Numbered from the whole stretch's first letter, positions 34,678 through 48,586 are shown. The stretch: 63,153 nt of DNA, filler included, from Halocafeteria seosinensis (GCA_001687465.1; 5 parts of 5 records of this genome joined end to end with filler, not necessarily neighbours in it); one strand, 5' to 3'. Notes: a model not told the origin generated them from the sequence alone. Numbers and translations are program-made.

Positions 34678-36713
34678 CTATCTATAGGGGCTGATAAACC
34701 GGGGAAAACCTCATGGATGCGCATAAAAGGACTTCGGGGAACCGTAGGAAGAATGTCAATTTGGACCACGGGCCTACCAACCGCTTCCCTTCCTTCCCAG
34801 TTTATGACGTCCGTAGGCATTGCTGTTCAGCAGTTCGATCGTGGTGTGTAAAACCAAAACAGTGTGTTATTTTGTTCTTTCTGCTGTTGCCTAACCTTAT
34901 TATATTATTTATACCTTGTAAGCAGCATAAAAGCAAATTGTCCCTTTCTTTTTTTCGTGTTTCTTTTTTCCTTTTTCGCCTATTCCCTTTTTGTTTGAGC
35001 TTTCTACACAAGAGAGTGGCGGATAATCAAGCATCCGCTAGCCAGGGAAACACTGGGCCTGCTGATGAAACTGCTCCTGGCGGGCCCATGGATGATCCTG
35101 GGAAAAAAAGGCCCGCTTCTCCTATTTCTGCCAATGAGTCTGATACCAAACGCGGCAAGACACAAGGCGACCGCAAGCAACAGCAAGGGGAAGAGCAAAG
35201 TGAACGCCAAGGCTCCTCCGACAAGGACAAGAATTGGAACAAGGAGATCCAGTTGTGTCTCTGGCATCTGTTGAAGGTGTGACACGAGCGCTGCTACAGT
35301 AAGATCAAGACGTCAATTGTGAATCGTCGCGAGAAAACCGCAGATAAACAACCTTACAACTTCCAAAATTACAAGGATGTTAGGACATGAAGTCTTTCAA
35401 CGAGCCTAGTGTGCAAGGAATCGAGGAGCGATGAGAAACCCTCCAGAGGCACCTCATGGAGGGCCATATCAACGATGAAGTGATCACTTATTTTCGTGAT
35501 AACTACTTCACTCCACAAAAGATCCTTCTTTGGGCTTCATGTACTACGCTATCCGAAGAGATGCACCTTCGCACGGCCAACCACCTACAAAGGTAATGTC
35601 TTGATATAACAGCCGGGTAAGGGGTCCGTGCAGCTACAATAGATGTCTTAAGCTCTCACAGCTGTATTGAAAGCGCAACAGATACCTCGGAGACATAGTG
35701 TTTGCATTGAACGGGCACCCACTTGTGCAAGTATCCCCGTGGCTGACGCCAGCCGCAGCCTCTATCGACCGTATCCTCCAAGGTATGCGATCTTTTAATG
35801 TTGATCCTTCCGTATCACTTCCGTGAAGGAGGGTCTTGCGCACGCTCTTTCCTTGCGCCTTCAGGAGGCCGGAGGCCTCTAACTGCAGAGGCAGTTACAT
35901 GAGTTGACAACGCGCGCTTAATGTACGACTTGCTTCAAGAGCGTCGTCCAATGACCATAACTTGGGACAAGGGCGTCTGCAAATGTTACTGCTGGATTCG
36001 CTTTGATTCGCGCACAAGTACCATGAAGGTCCGAACCGTTTGCAACGCGTACCGCTCCTCGTTAAGAGGATGCGGTCAACTCCCCGGCCGGTGGGATCTG
36101 TCACATACATGTGTGAGTGAGTGCACGCTGTTCAGAAAGAACGTGAAGGCGAAGAAGACGTCCCTCATTTATACTGCCTCTCTCCTAGTGGAACAGCGGG
36201 CCCGTAGCTGCCAGACACGGGCGTCAGCTGCTACCTAGGTGTAGTGGCTAACATCCAGCTGCCGGTGGGCCATCAGTCACACCTTTTTCGTTTAGACGAA
36301 GACGAATTCGTCCCTGAGTTGAGTTTTTTTGCTGCAGAACGCCTGAGTCAACCATCTCGGCGGTCGGGACGTATGAAGGTACCCTATCCCACTTTCCAGA
36401 AGCACCGAGTACTTGTACCTCCGTTTTTGTCATCGTTGTCTGTTGCAGGTCCGTTGGGGCTGCAGTCTGCACTGCTCTGCAGATCCTTCTGACGAAAGGG
36501 GAATTTCACAGGGGGAGATGAAAAATGTGCACATTTTCCTATTTTGTTAGGGGACTACGTCAGGCGGAATAGATGTCAATCTGCCACTCGCGTTTGGTCA
36601 GTAACCTAGGTCTTTCATCCCTAGGCAATAGTTCGGCACCGGTACCGACCATGCATACCTTTTTTGCCCCCTGGAGTTTACGGTAACTGTTTACCGCGGC
36701 TTGAGAGTGTCCG

Positions 36714-36921
36714 GACCCCGACTCGGAAAGTTGCGAAAGCAATGTGCTTTTTTATTTCCCTGTTTGAACTGCAATACATCTAAGATAGACACACTACTGT
36801 ATTTCATCTCAAACGATTTGCCTTTCCTGGACACGGAGATAGGTGTGCATCACATCCCTCTGTTATTTATTTATTTCTACAGTACAGTTTGTAGTTTTTC
36901 TTTCTTTCCCCGTTTACTACT

Positions 36922-36965
<44 letters not shown>
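36714..36965. repeat. ~250-bp inverted repeat, left arm (partner at ~40383-40632), ending in (CA)n
   Basis: GACCCCGACTCGGAAAGTTGCGAAA...GTGCATCACATCCCTCTGTTATTTATTT is found as its reverse complement at 40383-40632. Confidence 0.9.
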
Positions 36966-36973
<8 letters not shown>

Positions 36974-37023
36974 ACTCAGAGAGAAAGAGAGAGAGAGAGA
37001 AAGAGAAAGAGAGAAAGAAAGAA

Positions 37024-39704
37024 ATGTCGTCGATATCATCGTCAACGTCTACTACTGATTCTCTTGCTACTGTGACGACTACAACTGTCACTGTCACTGT
37101 TACTGCTGCTACTACATCTTCGCTTTCGTTGACAGCATCGTCATCGTCCGCTACTACACCTACTTCCCCTGCTACTGCTACTACACCTTCGCTTTCGTCG
37201 GCAGTATCGTCGACGACTAGGACGCCAGCCGTAAAAAGGAAAGCGGATGCAACGGAAGCTGCGCCTCCGGGTCAAAAAACGTCAAAAACTGAAGTTCAAT
37301 CATCTGCATCTACTGTCCCAGTGACGAAATGGGACCTGTCATTGTACCCTTCTCTGCTAACTCAAGAAAAAGATATACTGTCACGGCAGGCACATTCTTG
37401 CACGCAGAGAGCTGCCCAGAATCAAGACGAGAAAAGCGAACTCGAAAACAGTGCTAGGTTCTGCAAAGATGCAGAAGGGGATTTCGATCACTTCATTCCT
37501 CCCAAAAGGGGGGACAATACTTCTTCTAGAGAATACAAGGGTGTTACCGAAGAGTGTGTGGACGACTTTCTGAATGGACTTCCCGGATCGTGTCAGAGTT
37601 GGGTGCGAACAGCCATAGTTGACGATATATCAACATTGATAGTGAACGAGAGTGAGGACACTTCAGATGGTAAGTACCATAGTGGTGCAGACACAAGAGC
37701 CTCTTCTTTTTGTTTCGGTTATATCGGTGTGTCGTCAGCGTTCACTACCATGTGGCAATAAAGCAGTAATAAGCATGAGAAAGGGGGTTCTGATGTGGGT
37801 AAATTACGTGACAAGATGATACAACGATGCACGAAGGGCAAGGTGTACCATGAGAAGTCTTTCCGTCGGCTTCACAGTGAATCCTTGTTGCTCTGTTGTT
37901 CCTTCCTTCGGATTGCTCCAATTGTCAGCTGTGTACTGTATTACTTTGTTGCTTGTCTGCAGGAGGCGGCGGTGGAAGCTCAAGTTCTGCTGCTGTAGGT
38001 AAGTGTTCTCTTGTCTTGTATTACTTTGTATGCTTCGTCTTAGTCCCTTTGCTTGCAGCTGCCGGAGTGAGTAAGAATCTACGGGAAACAGATACAGACT
38101 CTGCACTGCAAGCATTTATAGAAAGCTTTCCTGCGGTGCGACTGACGACCGCAGCGGCCAACGAACAATTATCCGCTGGTTGTGTGTTAACATTTCCAAC
38201 AGAGTTATTTAACTCGAAAAATTTTACCGATAAACTGTATATTCGGCACACGTATATCGACGTAGCTCAATTGATCTTCTCGAATTACTATGCCAACGGA
38301 GACACGGCAATGCAGGTAAAGGCCCAAAATGCTCTGCAACACATTGGATGCGACTTAGACGCGGAAGAAAAGGATCTTCCGAAGACTTGCTTGATATTTA
38401 TTGGAAGTCCTGGAATCGGAAAATCGGCCTGTATTGCTTTTATAGCGTTCGTCTGCCACAAAGCGAACATTCCATTTGCTTTGGTGGGCCACTCCACAGG
38501 ATCTTTCGAAGGTCGGGCCGATTATGGAAACGAAGGTGGTGATACGATTTTTCTTTTAGACCATGATAATAACAGGTATTTCGGGCCTAACACTGTCATT
38601 TTTACATCTCCGAATACAAAAAGACTAATACGTTGGAGAAGCATTGGTCCAACACCATCCGCGAACCAAATGATGTTCATGAACGTTTGGAGCCGTGATG
38701 AATTGGAGGATTTTGCAAAAAAGTGTTATACAGAAGACCGCGTGGCTATGCTGGATGTGCTGTACATGCATTTGGGAGGAATCCCTCGGCACGTGATACC
38801 GCCACCGTGGGGGAAGAAGGAAAACAAAATGCGTGATTACTTAGAGGAAATTATTGGCCTTAGACTGAACACGATTAAGGACGAGGATAGCTTAAATGAG
38901 GCGCTTACTGGTGAACTTGAAGAGAGTGAAGGGAAGATGTCTCATGTTTTGACTCACTATGTAACTCCCTTAGGGAAGAACGTTTGCAGCTACAAGGATC
39001 TAACTTACATGCCTGCCTCGTCGCACATAGCCAAGAAACTCGCTGACAAAGCACAAAGGATGTTAGGTATGCAACGGATGTATCGATTTCTACTTCTTCA
39101 ACACAATCCAAAGGCGGCTGTTCTCCTTGGACGCCTATACGAACCTATTGCTGTTGAGCAACTGTGTTCTAAGTGGCTTGCAATCGTCAAAAACAGGAGA
39201 GGCAGGTACCTCGGCAAACGCAAGCCCGCTCCTCCAGGTACGTTGAAACCAGGTGGGGTACCCAATAATGGATTTGTCCCTGTCGACTTTTTTGGCATTT
39301 CTGACTGGGGGAAAGAATCCTTAGTGAATGCCGGTGATGACGACTTGCTAATTCCTGGAGATAGTACTATCCCAGTGGGTGACGTAGCTCGCCGAGGGAT
39401 GCATGATAGTTTTCTCGTGGATCTCTACCAAGCCACTGTGGCCCATGAGCATCCAATTTCGTATCTCGGTCTACAGCAAATAGCTGAAGCCGTCCGCAGT
39501 GCTATGGACCTTTATGAAAATGAGCGAGTGGGCATTCGTTTATTCTTCTGCGTGCCTCCTCAACGCTACAAGCAATTCAAAAAACAAGAAGTAAAGAAAG
39601 GAGCGACGGTTGTTGAATGTCCCCCCAACGTTGTTTTGGAGCAGTTTTGTCTAGAAGTACCATTACCCAATAGTCCGATTCTTGACAAGACAAATCTTTG
39701 GTAA
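37024..39704 (+). CDS. Crinkler/RHS-type P-loop NTPase plus restriction-endonuclease-fold protein; proposed exons 37024-37669, 37963-37998, 38059-39704
   Basis: IGSPGIGKS (Walker A), IFLLD, IFTSPN, MNVWSRDEL, GGIPRHV, GRLYE, IPVGD, LYQATVAHEHPI and LFFCVP motifs; phase-1 GTAAGT..CAG introns keep the frame. Confidence 0.8.
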
Positions 39705-39984
39705 TAGAAAAACCTTCAATATTTGTCTAACACACACATGGGGCAAATCGCCCGTATCGGCAAAAGTACATATTTTACAAAACTGTATGTATGACGACGA
39801 AGGCGTGACTGAGGCCCACCGGCAGCTGGATGTTAGCCGCTACACTTCGGTAGCTGCTGACACCCATGTCTGGTAGCTACAGGCCCGCTGTTCCACTAGG
39901 AGAGCGGCAGCATAAACGAGTGACTTCAAAGCATTGACGCAGACCCGAACTTCAGTATCCGTTTCCGTCACATCCCATGGGACC

Positions 39985-40380
39985 TCCGCATGGCTAGCTA
40001 GCAGTTCATTGCTTAACAGGATTGGGAGGATATTGTTGTTAGTTTCCTCTTGCACGTATGAGTCAATTCGTGTAGCTTGCTCTTTGGCTGTTCTCGAATT
40101 CGGATTCCACCTGAGACGTGCTATCCGTCGCAGTTCTTCGTCCCTCTTCTCTCCTGGCTCTCCTGGCCCTCCCCCATGCGCGTCTTTAGAACGTTCCATT
40201 CCGTCTCGTCCATACTCCCCCCTCTCGACACAGCCGCTTGACTCGCTAGCAGTTCATTGAGTAATAGGATTGGGGGGATATTGTTGTTAGTTTCCTCTTG
40301 CCACCTCATGTAACATACGATATTGTGTTTCACCAAGGATTCCAAAACTACAGTAGAGTCTTGGAATCGCGATACCTTCG

Positions 40381-40442
<62 letters not shown>

Positions 40443-41900
40443 AGTACACGGGGAAAAAAACGAGAAAAAAATAAATAACAGAGGGATGTGATGCACACCT
40501 ACCTCCGTGTCCAGGAAAGGCAAATAAATCGTTTGAGATGAAATACAATAGTGTGTCTATCTTAGCTGTATTGCAGTTCAAACAAGGGAAATAAAGAAGC
40601 GCATTGTTTTCGCAACTTTCCGAGTCGGGGTCGAGTAGACCGTAAAATATGCCGAATTCGGACCGTGTGTCCCTTCGTTTCGGACCGTCAGGTCCGAACG
40701 AAGTGTGACCGAGTTCGACGTCAAAGAGAGCTCAAGGCTCGGGGATATGATAGTATGCAACCATCGCATGCCATCAATTTCGTGTCGACCGTGTTTGACA
40801 CACAGGATAAGGAGCAGAAGGGAGTTGGAGCGGGTCCGAAACAGTCCGAATTTTTAGGTGGGGGAGCAACCCGCTCCACAAGGCGGACCACACCCGGCCA
40901 CTGGCGGCCAGTGACCGAGGGTCGTTCGAAGTTCCCATGTATTACCATTTACAGCACTATTTTGCCAATCATTGACGAGGGATACGCATTACATGTGTAT
41001 GCTCTTTCTTTATTATGCTTGCTTAGGGTCAAAGCGTGTCTTATACGCAGTCAATAGTGCCCTGACTGAGGTCTGACGACGAATCCTACGGGGTTCGGAT
41101 CGATTCATGATTTGTGTACATGTGATGGGTGTCAATGCGTACAGATTGGGACTATATGTGGACAGGATTATGATATGGCTCTGCTTCCTGGACTATAACG
41201 CCTGGAGGAATGGTTCTGGTTGAATAAGTGTGAGGCAAACTCTGCGCTGGAGGCTCCTGTAGGCTATAGCCCTCTGGAGTTGTAAACTTGCAACTCAATG
41301 ATGATGCGGTCAACAGGCTGAATAAAACGAACAGTGATTTATCGTTTGGAACAGTCAAGGGGTGGAATCCAAGCGCACCGGTAGCAAGTGGTGTAGAAAT
41401 GAAGGTACACCGCCACTGGCAGCCCGTTAACTTGCCTGCCAGGAACCCATAAAGCGCGCGCTAGAGTACACTGTAAATACCAGCGCAGACAAGGAACGAC
41501 CTACGAGAACAAATTCCATTACTTCTCGACCACAGGCAGCGATGAAGAGAGAACATCTCTGGTGGAGACCAGACAAGAGAACAGCCGACGAGCAAGCTAC
41601 ACCTTCAAGAGGACGCAAACAGCAATAGCCTACCAACCCTATTAAGCACTAAACTGCTAGCGAGCCAAGTGGGTGCGCGGAGACTGGGGCGTAAGGACGA
41701 GACGGAATCGAACATTTGGAAGAAGGGCATTGTGGAGAGTGAACGAGAGCCGGAGGGACTTCATACGCTGGGACGGATAGAGCATCTCCGGTGGAAACCA
41801 GATATGAGAACAGCCGAAGAGCAAGCTACACGAACTGAATTATGCGTGCAAAAGAACGCTAACAACAATGATCTGCCAATCCTGTTAAGCACTAAACTGT
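39985..41900. repeat. Dispersed degenerate repeat family, minus-strand copies at ~39985-40300 and plus-strand copies at ~41540-41900
   Basis: Translates as LRW.P..RTA.EQATR....VQ...NNN.LPILLS..L in both orientations. Confidence 0.7.
40383..40632. repeat. ~250-bp inverted repeat, right arm, including (GT)n
   Basis: Reverse complement of 36714-36965. Confidence 0.9.
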
Positions 41901-42692
41901 GACCGAAATGATTGCTGAAGTTCGGGTTGAGTCAATGAGTGTATCAACTGGCAAGTCGTTGTAGCCAGCAACCTTTCTATGGATTCTGTCAATTGAGGCT
42001 CTTCCGGTACCTTAACAAGGAGGATAAGGGAGCAAACTAAGGAGCGCTTATGCTTCCTCCATGGTGAAGTTTCTGGTTGCCTGCGATTTGGACCTTCAGC
42101 GTGAAGGCTTCAAGAGTCCGGACTTCCCCAACTGCCATACATCAGAACATACAGCACACAGTGCTGCTCTTCCTGGAATTGCATACGGAACTAAAACAAA
42201 GGAGGCATGAACGTTGGCAGTCTTGGGAATGGAAATGTCCAATCGGCGACGATGTGTAAATCATACCGCAACAGAGTTCATTGTTGCACAGTCGGAAGAT
42301 GGAAACCAGGGAATGAACGCCCTCTTTCAGTCTTGAAATTCATTGTAATCCGTCTGGGGACCTTGAGGTTCGCAGCTTCGGGAGTTGTGGGATGAGACTT
42401 TTGCACCGGTGAAGTTATAGACTCGGGAAGTAATGTGCTTCGGTGCCCTGCCCTAGTTGACGGGATGAAAGGTCGGCATATTGAATTTGTTGCCTATTTC
42501 CGTAGCTTTCCAAAAGGTCAGCAGCAAACACCGCAGAGTAACTGATTTGGTGGTCCAGGAGAGGAGATGACTACGTACGTTAGCGACTTTGGTTGAGTCG
42601 AGAAGTGGAATTGCGACTTAACGAAAGTATTGAGAACAGTTATGAATGCACGGGTTTTGGAAGCTTTTCTTCATTAAAGCGAATGGAGATTT

Positions 42693-44861
42693 CTATGGTT
42701 GGCTAGTGGACTTTGCTGGAGCAACAGCATCAAACAAAGTTGCTGTCTTAGGACCGACCACACGGGACGCACGATGTAATATCTCTATTCTTTTAGCGAG
42801 ACCGGACATAAGGGGTTTTTTTACCGGATTGCGTTGCTTGGTATTTCCCGTGAGGTCCTGTTTTTGTTCCTGTTCCAGCGCTGACAGTTTGGAAATAACC
42901 TGTTTCTCGATATCTGAAGCAATCTTATCAATCTTTGTCAATACTCGAGTATCTGACAAGTTGAGGTGTCTTGATTCAAGCAGTTCCGTCAAATCGACGT
43001 TTTCCTTGACGAACTTCATCACTACCAAAATGCTGGATTTCAACTGCTTCTTTGTGCACACTTGTTGCAACGTGCCTTCATTGAACAACCCTTGCTTGAT
43101 ATAGTCTGCTAGGAATTGGGACAGGTAATAATTAGATAAGCCATGGATTTCGAATTCCTTCTGCACTGAGGGCTTGATTAGAGCGTCATTCAACGACTTA
43201 ACGGGGACGCGTTTTGCCGTTTCTCCCAGCTCGTCTGCAGCAGCATCGCCTTCTACAGTATCCACGTCGATAGAGCGGCATCGTTTTCTTCTAGGAGAAA
43301 CCCTCTGGCCCTGAAGGACTTCTAGGCACTTGGTCTATTTCTTGTTTTCTAAGAAGATCTCGGACCTCGGTCAATGCTATGGCCATCTGGCTGACATTAT
43401 CGCGGAGCTCCACGTTCTCCTTTCGAAGTTGTTGAACTTGATCAAGCATCTCAGTGCTCTCAACGTTGTCAATATTTCGACTCTTGAAGTCCTTCTTGAC
43501 AGCTCGTCCCCATTCGAGCAGACGTTTGTAATCAATGTTGGCATCCGTTGCAGCAGTAGCAATTTGTTGAATGATGAAGGAATCTTTGCCCCAGTCTGCA
43601 TAAACATCTTCGTAGTACATCAGAAGACTTGCTAACATTGCATGCAAAAGTCCTGTGATTTTGGGATTTTCTTGGAAGATCACGAGATATGCGCCGAAGA
43701 GGAAGTAGAGCAACCTGTCAACAGTGGCAGCGTTCTCTGTATTCATGAAAACGAGACGTGGCAAATAAGCACCGCTTTTGCAATCACTCCAACCTGACAA
43801 AGCTCTCCCTCCAACGTTCACGTTCTGAAGAATTTGCAGCAAATAGTGGAAAACGTTGTTAACGCCTTCGAAGTCCCAGCCGCCTCGGGCTATAATATGG
43901 TGCAGTTCTACCCCGCGAGTGTTAGCCAGTTGGTTGGTTGCTCCAATACGGAGAGAAGTTCCGCGGTAGTCAACTTGTTGAACATCCTTTTCTTTCAGCC
44001 AAGCTGTTAATTTCGTGGCCGGTGCCTTTACTGCCTGCAACTCGGGGAAAATGAATGATCTTTCCCCGTTCCTTGACCGAGTCGCAAGAAGATAACTAGC
44101 CAGACTGTGCAAGTAATCGATTTCATAATGAGTTCTGTCGGGGAAAAAGCTCATCATCTGGAATGATGAAGTTTTCTGTTGTGCCCAATCTGCAATAAGA
44201 TAGTCTGCATCTGTCGGCAGAAGCAAGCAATTCCAAGACATAAGTGCCACTTCTCCAGCTCTACCCACTGCAAGCCAATTGATTACAAGTGCCGCCCTCT
44301 TCATAAGCGATTCCGGTCGGTTTTCGTCTAGGAAACGGCGACAGAAGGTGATTAGGTCGTTACGAAGCAATGCAGGAGCCTTCTCTGAAAAGGGTATTCC
44401 TTCACGAATGCACCTTCGGAGTACCTTTTTCTTTATCTCACCGCCGACTTTGGTGTACCATTCTGATTCGTTGAGATGTTTAAGCAGACTATTGTCAGGA
44501 TATTTACGTTCCAGGAAGGTTTTCGTGTACATGAAGTACTGATAGGCAGTGTTCCCTTTTAGCAAGTCTCCGTTGGCCTTCCGTCCATGGTCGGCTACTA
44601 GACGGCTAGGTACGTCCCATACTCGCCTAGGAGTGTCTGTGAGCAGACCACAGTCTGGTCCACAGACTCTTCCACAAGGTCTACAGATGGGAGTTGTTTA
44701 CTGGCCAAGAAGCTTTCGAGTTGATTTCGTGCCGATTGATAGTTGTCTCTGTTTTTATCAGAGTTGCCAGCTACAGCCAGTTGTGCGTAGACGACTGGCA
44801 TGGGAGCATCCCCCTCGTCGAGCTCGTCTGTTTCCATTCTATGCAAGAGTGCCAATAACAC
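42693..44861 (-). pseudogene. Crypton-like tyrosine recombinase gene with two frameshifts (~44600 and ~43300)
   Basis: WLAVGRAGEV (catalytic R), GTSLRIGA (HxxR position), ARGGW, VFHYL (Tyr) and GRALSGW as in stramenopile CryptonS-type proteins; three consecutive ORFs join by small indels. Confidence 0.75.
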
Positions 44862-45023
44862 AAGTACTTGTTTTTTAAGTGTGCGTGTGTATTACAGTAT
44901 GGATTAGATCCGTGGGTAATTCATTGTTTGACCTACGAACAACTGGCTACCCTTTCTCTGCCGAATTCCTAACACGTCCATACATGTTGAAGTTGTGCAG
45001 TGTGATCCGGGCGGAGAGCCCGG

Positions 45024-45079
45024 TCCGAAAATGGTCCGACGCGAAGCCGATCCGAAAATGGTCCGACGCGAAGCCGATA
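45024..45079. repeat. Tandem 27-bp duplication upstream of the recombinase gene
   Basis: TCCGAAAATGGTCCGACGCGAAGCCGA x2. Confidence 0.9.
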
Positions 45080-45117
45080 TACCGTAAAAGATGTTGAATT
45101 TGAGGCGCTATTTTTTT

Positions 45118-48100
45118 GACTAGACATGAAAATTAAGATGTGTCCTTGCGAAAAGCCCGGATTTTGCACAGCCCGGATTTTCATCCACAGTCCGGGCGGA
45201 GGGTGTGGCTGAGTAGAGCCTCTAAGAGGCGCTGTACAATCACGCTATCATGAGCCGTATTTTTAGTTAGTAAGTTATGGTATTACCCTAAATGGTGCAT
45301 TATTGAACGTATGGTGTTGTGTTTGTGGCTCTAGTGGCATGGCAGATAGCTCTGATCGCGTGAGCTTCGAAGATGACGGTTATGGCTTAGACTGATGGGA
45401 GCAACATATACAGCAGCAGCAAGTTAAGAAAGACGCCAGAGCTCCAGATGCAGGTATTTTGCCCATTACGAGCGAGGAATCTGGGTCCAAGGAGAACAGT
45501 ATGGATGGAGCTGGCGCAGTATTAGCGCATCCTGAGGCAGGAACCTCATCGAGAGAATAAGGAGCACTATCCATACACGGAATCGCGGGAGTTGACTGTC
45601 ATTCATTATCCATATGCTGGGAAAATCTGTGGCTGGAGTGCAATCATGGAGAGAAGCGCCTTCAGTGCACGGCTGGAACTGTCTTCCAATCCAGAGAAGG
45701 CGGTATGTAGGCAAGGGATGGATTCTAACAGACACGAGCGAAGGCCTTGAGTTCAAATTAGAGCAACACGACGGGCGCTGTCGGTATCTATTTGGCATTG
45801 GAACACTCTTGGATGCGTGCACTCATTCGCATCCGTAGTTGCTGCCGTTGACTCCATTGACACCTTTAGTTTCAACTTCCCCTGGACGTCGGGACTGGGA
45901 CAACGTACCTGGTTCCAGGTTCCAGGTTCCACATGGGCATTGCACAATACGCAACGCTTAAGTACATCGTAAACTCTCTTTACAGCACACAGTCATGTGG
46001 GAAGTCCGCTGGGGGTAGTAGCAGGGCGTCTACTCGCCGCTTCGCGAAGCCCGAACGTACAAGGATCCCTTCATTTGGAGATTTCTGATACTCATGGAGT
46101 GCTGCTGAGGCCCATCAAACTCTGTGGTATCACCCCATATTGCCAGCGTCTTATCTGATGGAACTCAAAACCCTGAATCTTCGCCCAAAGTTAGGACCAA
46201 ACCAACCGGGCAGCGGACTGCGAGAACACTTTCCCGGCCGAAGGCCAACGCTGCTCGACGTATCCATGATTACATTTGGTTCACTACAACAGATGCGGGT
46301 GGGATAGTCTCCAGACACTCTTTTGATGACAATAGGTCCAATTGCAACGACTATATTATTGGTGGTGCGACAGACAGTTGAAGGCCAGGGTGTTGTCGGT
46401 ATTTCGTGAATAGAATCGAGTTCTTATTTCATATACGATGATTTGTGATCGATCCTCTGCGATGTAGGTGGTATCTACGACGTCATTCAACGGCACAGTG
46501 AACAACAGGATGAACCTTTGGCGAACCGCTTACAACCACCTTAGCGCACAAGTATTCTACTGGAAGCACATACTTTTGTCGGACGTGATTAGTAACTATA
46601 CAGATGGTGTGTCTCGGCGGCATTCCTAAGCGTCGCTCTGTCGCCTGCACACTACTCTACAGTCGCCGGGGAGAAGAGAGCTTGCCGACTACCGCACAAC
46701 ATGGTAGATCCTAGTAACCACTTTTACCTTGGGAACCGACCTTTTAAATTCTAAAGCTTCGATGTCGATGAAGTGTACTGGATGGTTGTTAGTTACGTTC
46801 AGGTCTGGTAAAGGAACACTCTTGCCGGAACGTTTCCGTGTCTCGATCAGACTTTGGCCTCGTAAGGCATGATTCAACAACTCGAGGATACACCAAAACC
46901 AGTATGGAGCAACAGAAGTCTAACATTATCAGAGTGGGTGCAAGTTTGAAACACCGCCGCGAAAAGAGCACGCGTTCAAGGGATACAGCAGGTCCATGAA
47001 CCCGGCAGGTTGTCCGGAGGTCGCTAGACATCCACCCATGCCTCGGAATTTTCAACAAGCAAGATCTAACTCGATTTGAAGAGACTCTGAGATAAGGGGA
47101 AATCCGCGCAACAAAGTTCCACGATCCAGACGAAGCATGCAGTGTCAAAGCAGGACCATTGCAAGCAGACAATACTGAACTGTTAAGTGGTAAGAACAAA
47201 AGCCAGCACGCCTGAAAGATAAGCAAGCGATGCGACTTGAACTAGCGCAGCAAGTACCTGGGCACTGAGGGCGCTAAGAGGCAAAGGGAAAGCACCAGCA
47301 GCACCTCATGGTACCGCAGGATACCTGGATCCTGGATATGCTTTCTACTGTCAAAGCTCTGGAAAGTTCTGCTTGGAACCACATCCAGCTTAGTAGCTGA
47401 AGCCGATAAACGGGTAATGTTATACTAGATTATCATACGACCTGGATACCGAGTCTTAACTTCCTTCAAATGCAGAGTGCATGCTCGTTCGAGGAGGGAG
47501 AAGCGGATGAGCAGGAACAACGCAAGGTTGTACTAACGACACGAATATCATCAATGTATCTTGTTATCGTGTTTACTGGGTACACTATGTGTGCAGTCGA
47601 ATGGTGGTTTCAGTGCCGCGATGAGGAACTACGAGTGGCCACGAGTCGGCGGCAAAATCATCCCAGCCACCTAGTACCGGCACATCGCTCGAAGCATGCC
47701 ATACCCTCTTGTGTATTTAATGCATTCACGTTGTCGTTGTTTACGTCCTATGGGGCTCATAAGTCACTGTAACTCGGTAAATCGAGGGACACCGTGACCC
47801 GTTGTTGGTCCTTGGAAAGCTGACAAGTATTAGTTCTACTGAGTGGAATGGATCAATTGCAGAGGTGTCAATTAAATACTTGAATGCAGAATTTATCTCT
47901 CGGAGTTTTAGTGACGAAAGTGATAGAAAACCTCAAGCGACAGTCCTCTCGTAGCAGGGTCAGTAGTTGCTGTGGTGCTTTATCTGTGGTACTCATACTC
48001 GGAGGGCTACTCCAAAACACCGAGCAGCAATACTACCGCACACACACAGACGGGTCAGGGGTGAAACTTCGGGGGTTTAGGGAGATCTTCCACGGTGTGA

Positions 48101-48444
48101 GGATCTCCTAACTGGTTCCATTTAGCCGGTAGGCCATACTATTAGTACAACATTACTACAATACCACAGTACTTCACACCTCAACCAACCTATCGCACAT
48201 GGTATTTGAATACTGTCCATTTTCTTCAACAACAACAACACAGACACATACATAGAAGTACGACATTAATGGGTCTTTTCCACAATGCACCATTTAGAGT
48301 AACACCGTTAGTGAGTTACTAATACGGCTAGGGATAGAGTAGCCTACTCGGCCACACCCTTCCGCCCGGACCAGTGGATGAAAATCCGGGCTGTGCAAAA
48401 TCCGGGCTTTTCGCAAGGACACATCTTAATTTTAATGTCTACTC
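45118..48444. mobile_element. Non-autonomous DNA transposon (~3.3 kb) with long imperfect TIRs; superfamily uncertain, possibly MULE-like
   Basis: GA(C/G)TAGACAT.AAAATTAAGATGTGTCCTTGCGAAAAGCCCGGATTTTGCACAGCCCGG... at 45118-~45300 and as reverse complement at ~48285-48444; no intact internal ORF; no clear TSD. Confidence 0.8.
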
Positions 48445-48586
48445 CTGAGTAGACCGTAAAATTAATAAGTGTCCTAGGCAAACCGGGCTGGTCGCCCGGG
48501 GGAGTGAGCCGGGCCGAGGGACCGGCGTGAATGCCAGTCGGTCGAATCTGCCGGTTGTATAAGAAAGAGTTAAAGAACGATTTCAA

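Noticed and set aside
34713..35285. Overlapping ORFs with low-complexity sequence
   Set aside because: Possibly a decayed gene start, but no domain evidence
43291..44565. Tyrosine recombinase as the virophage's own integrase
   Set aside because: Host-like composition, Crypton-type motifs, no viral promoter motif, and separated from the virus by a 3.3-kb TIR element
45380..48111. Short ORFs inside the TIR element
   Set aside because: No recognisable transposase or other domain; they look like degenerate filler
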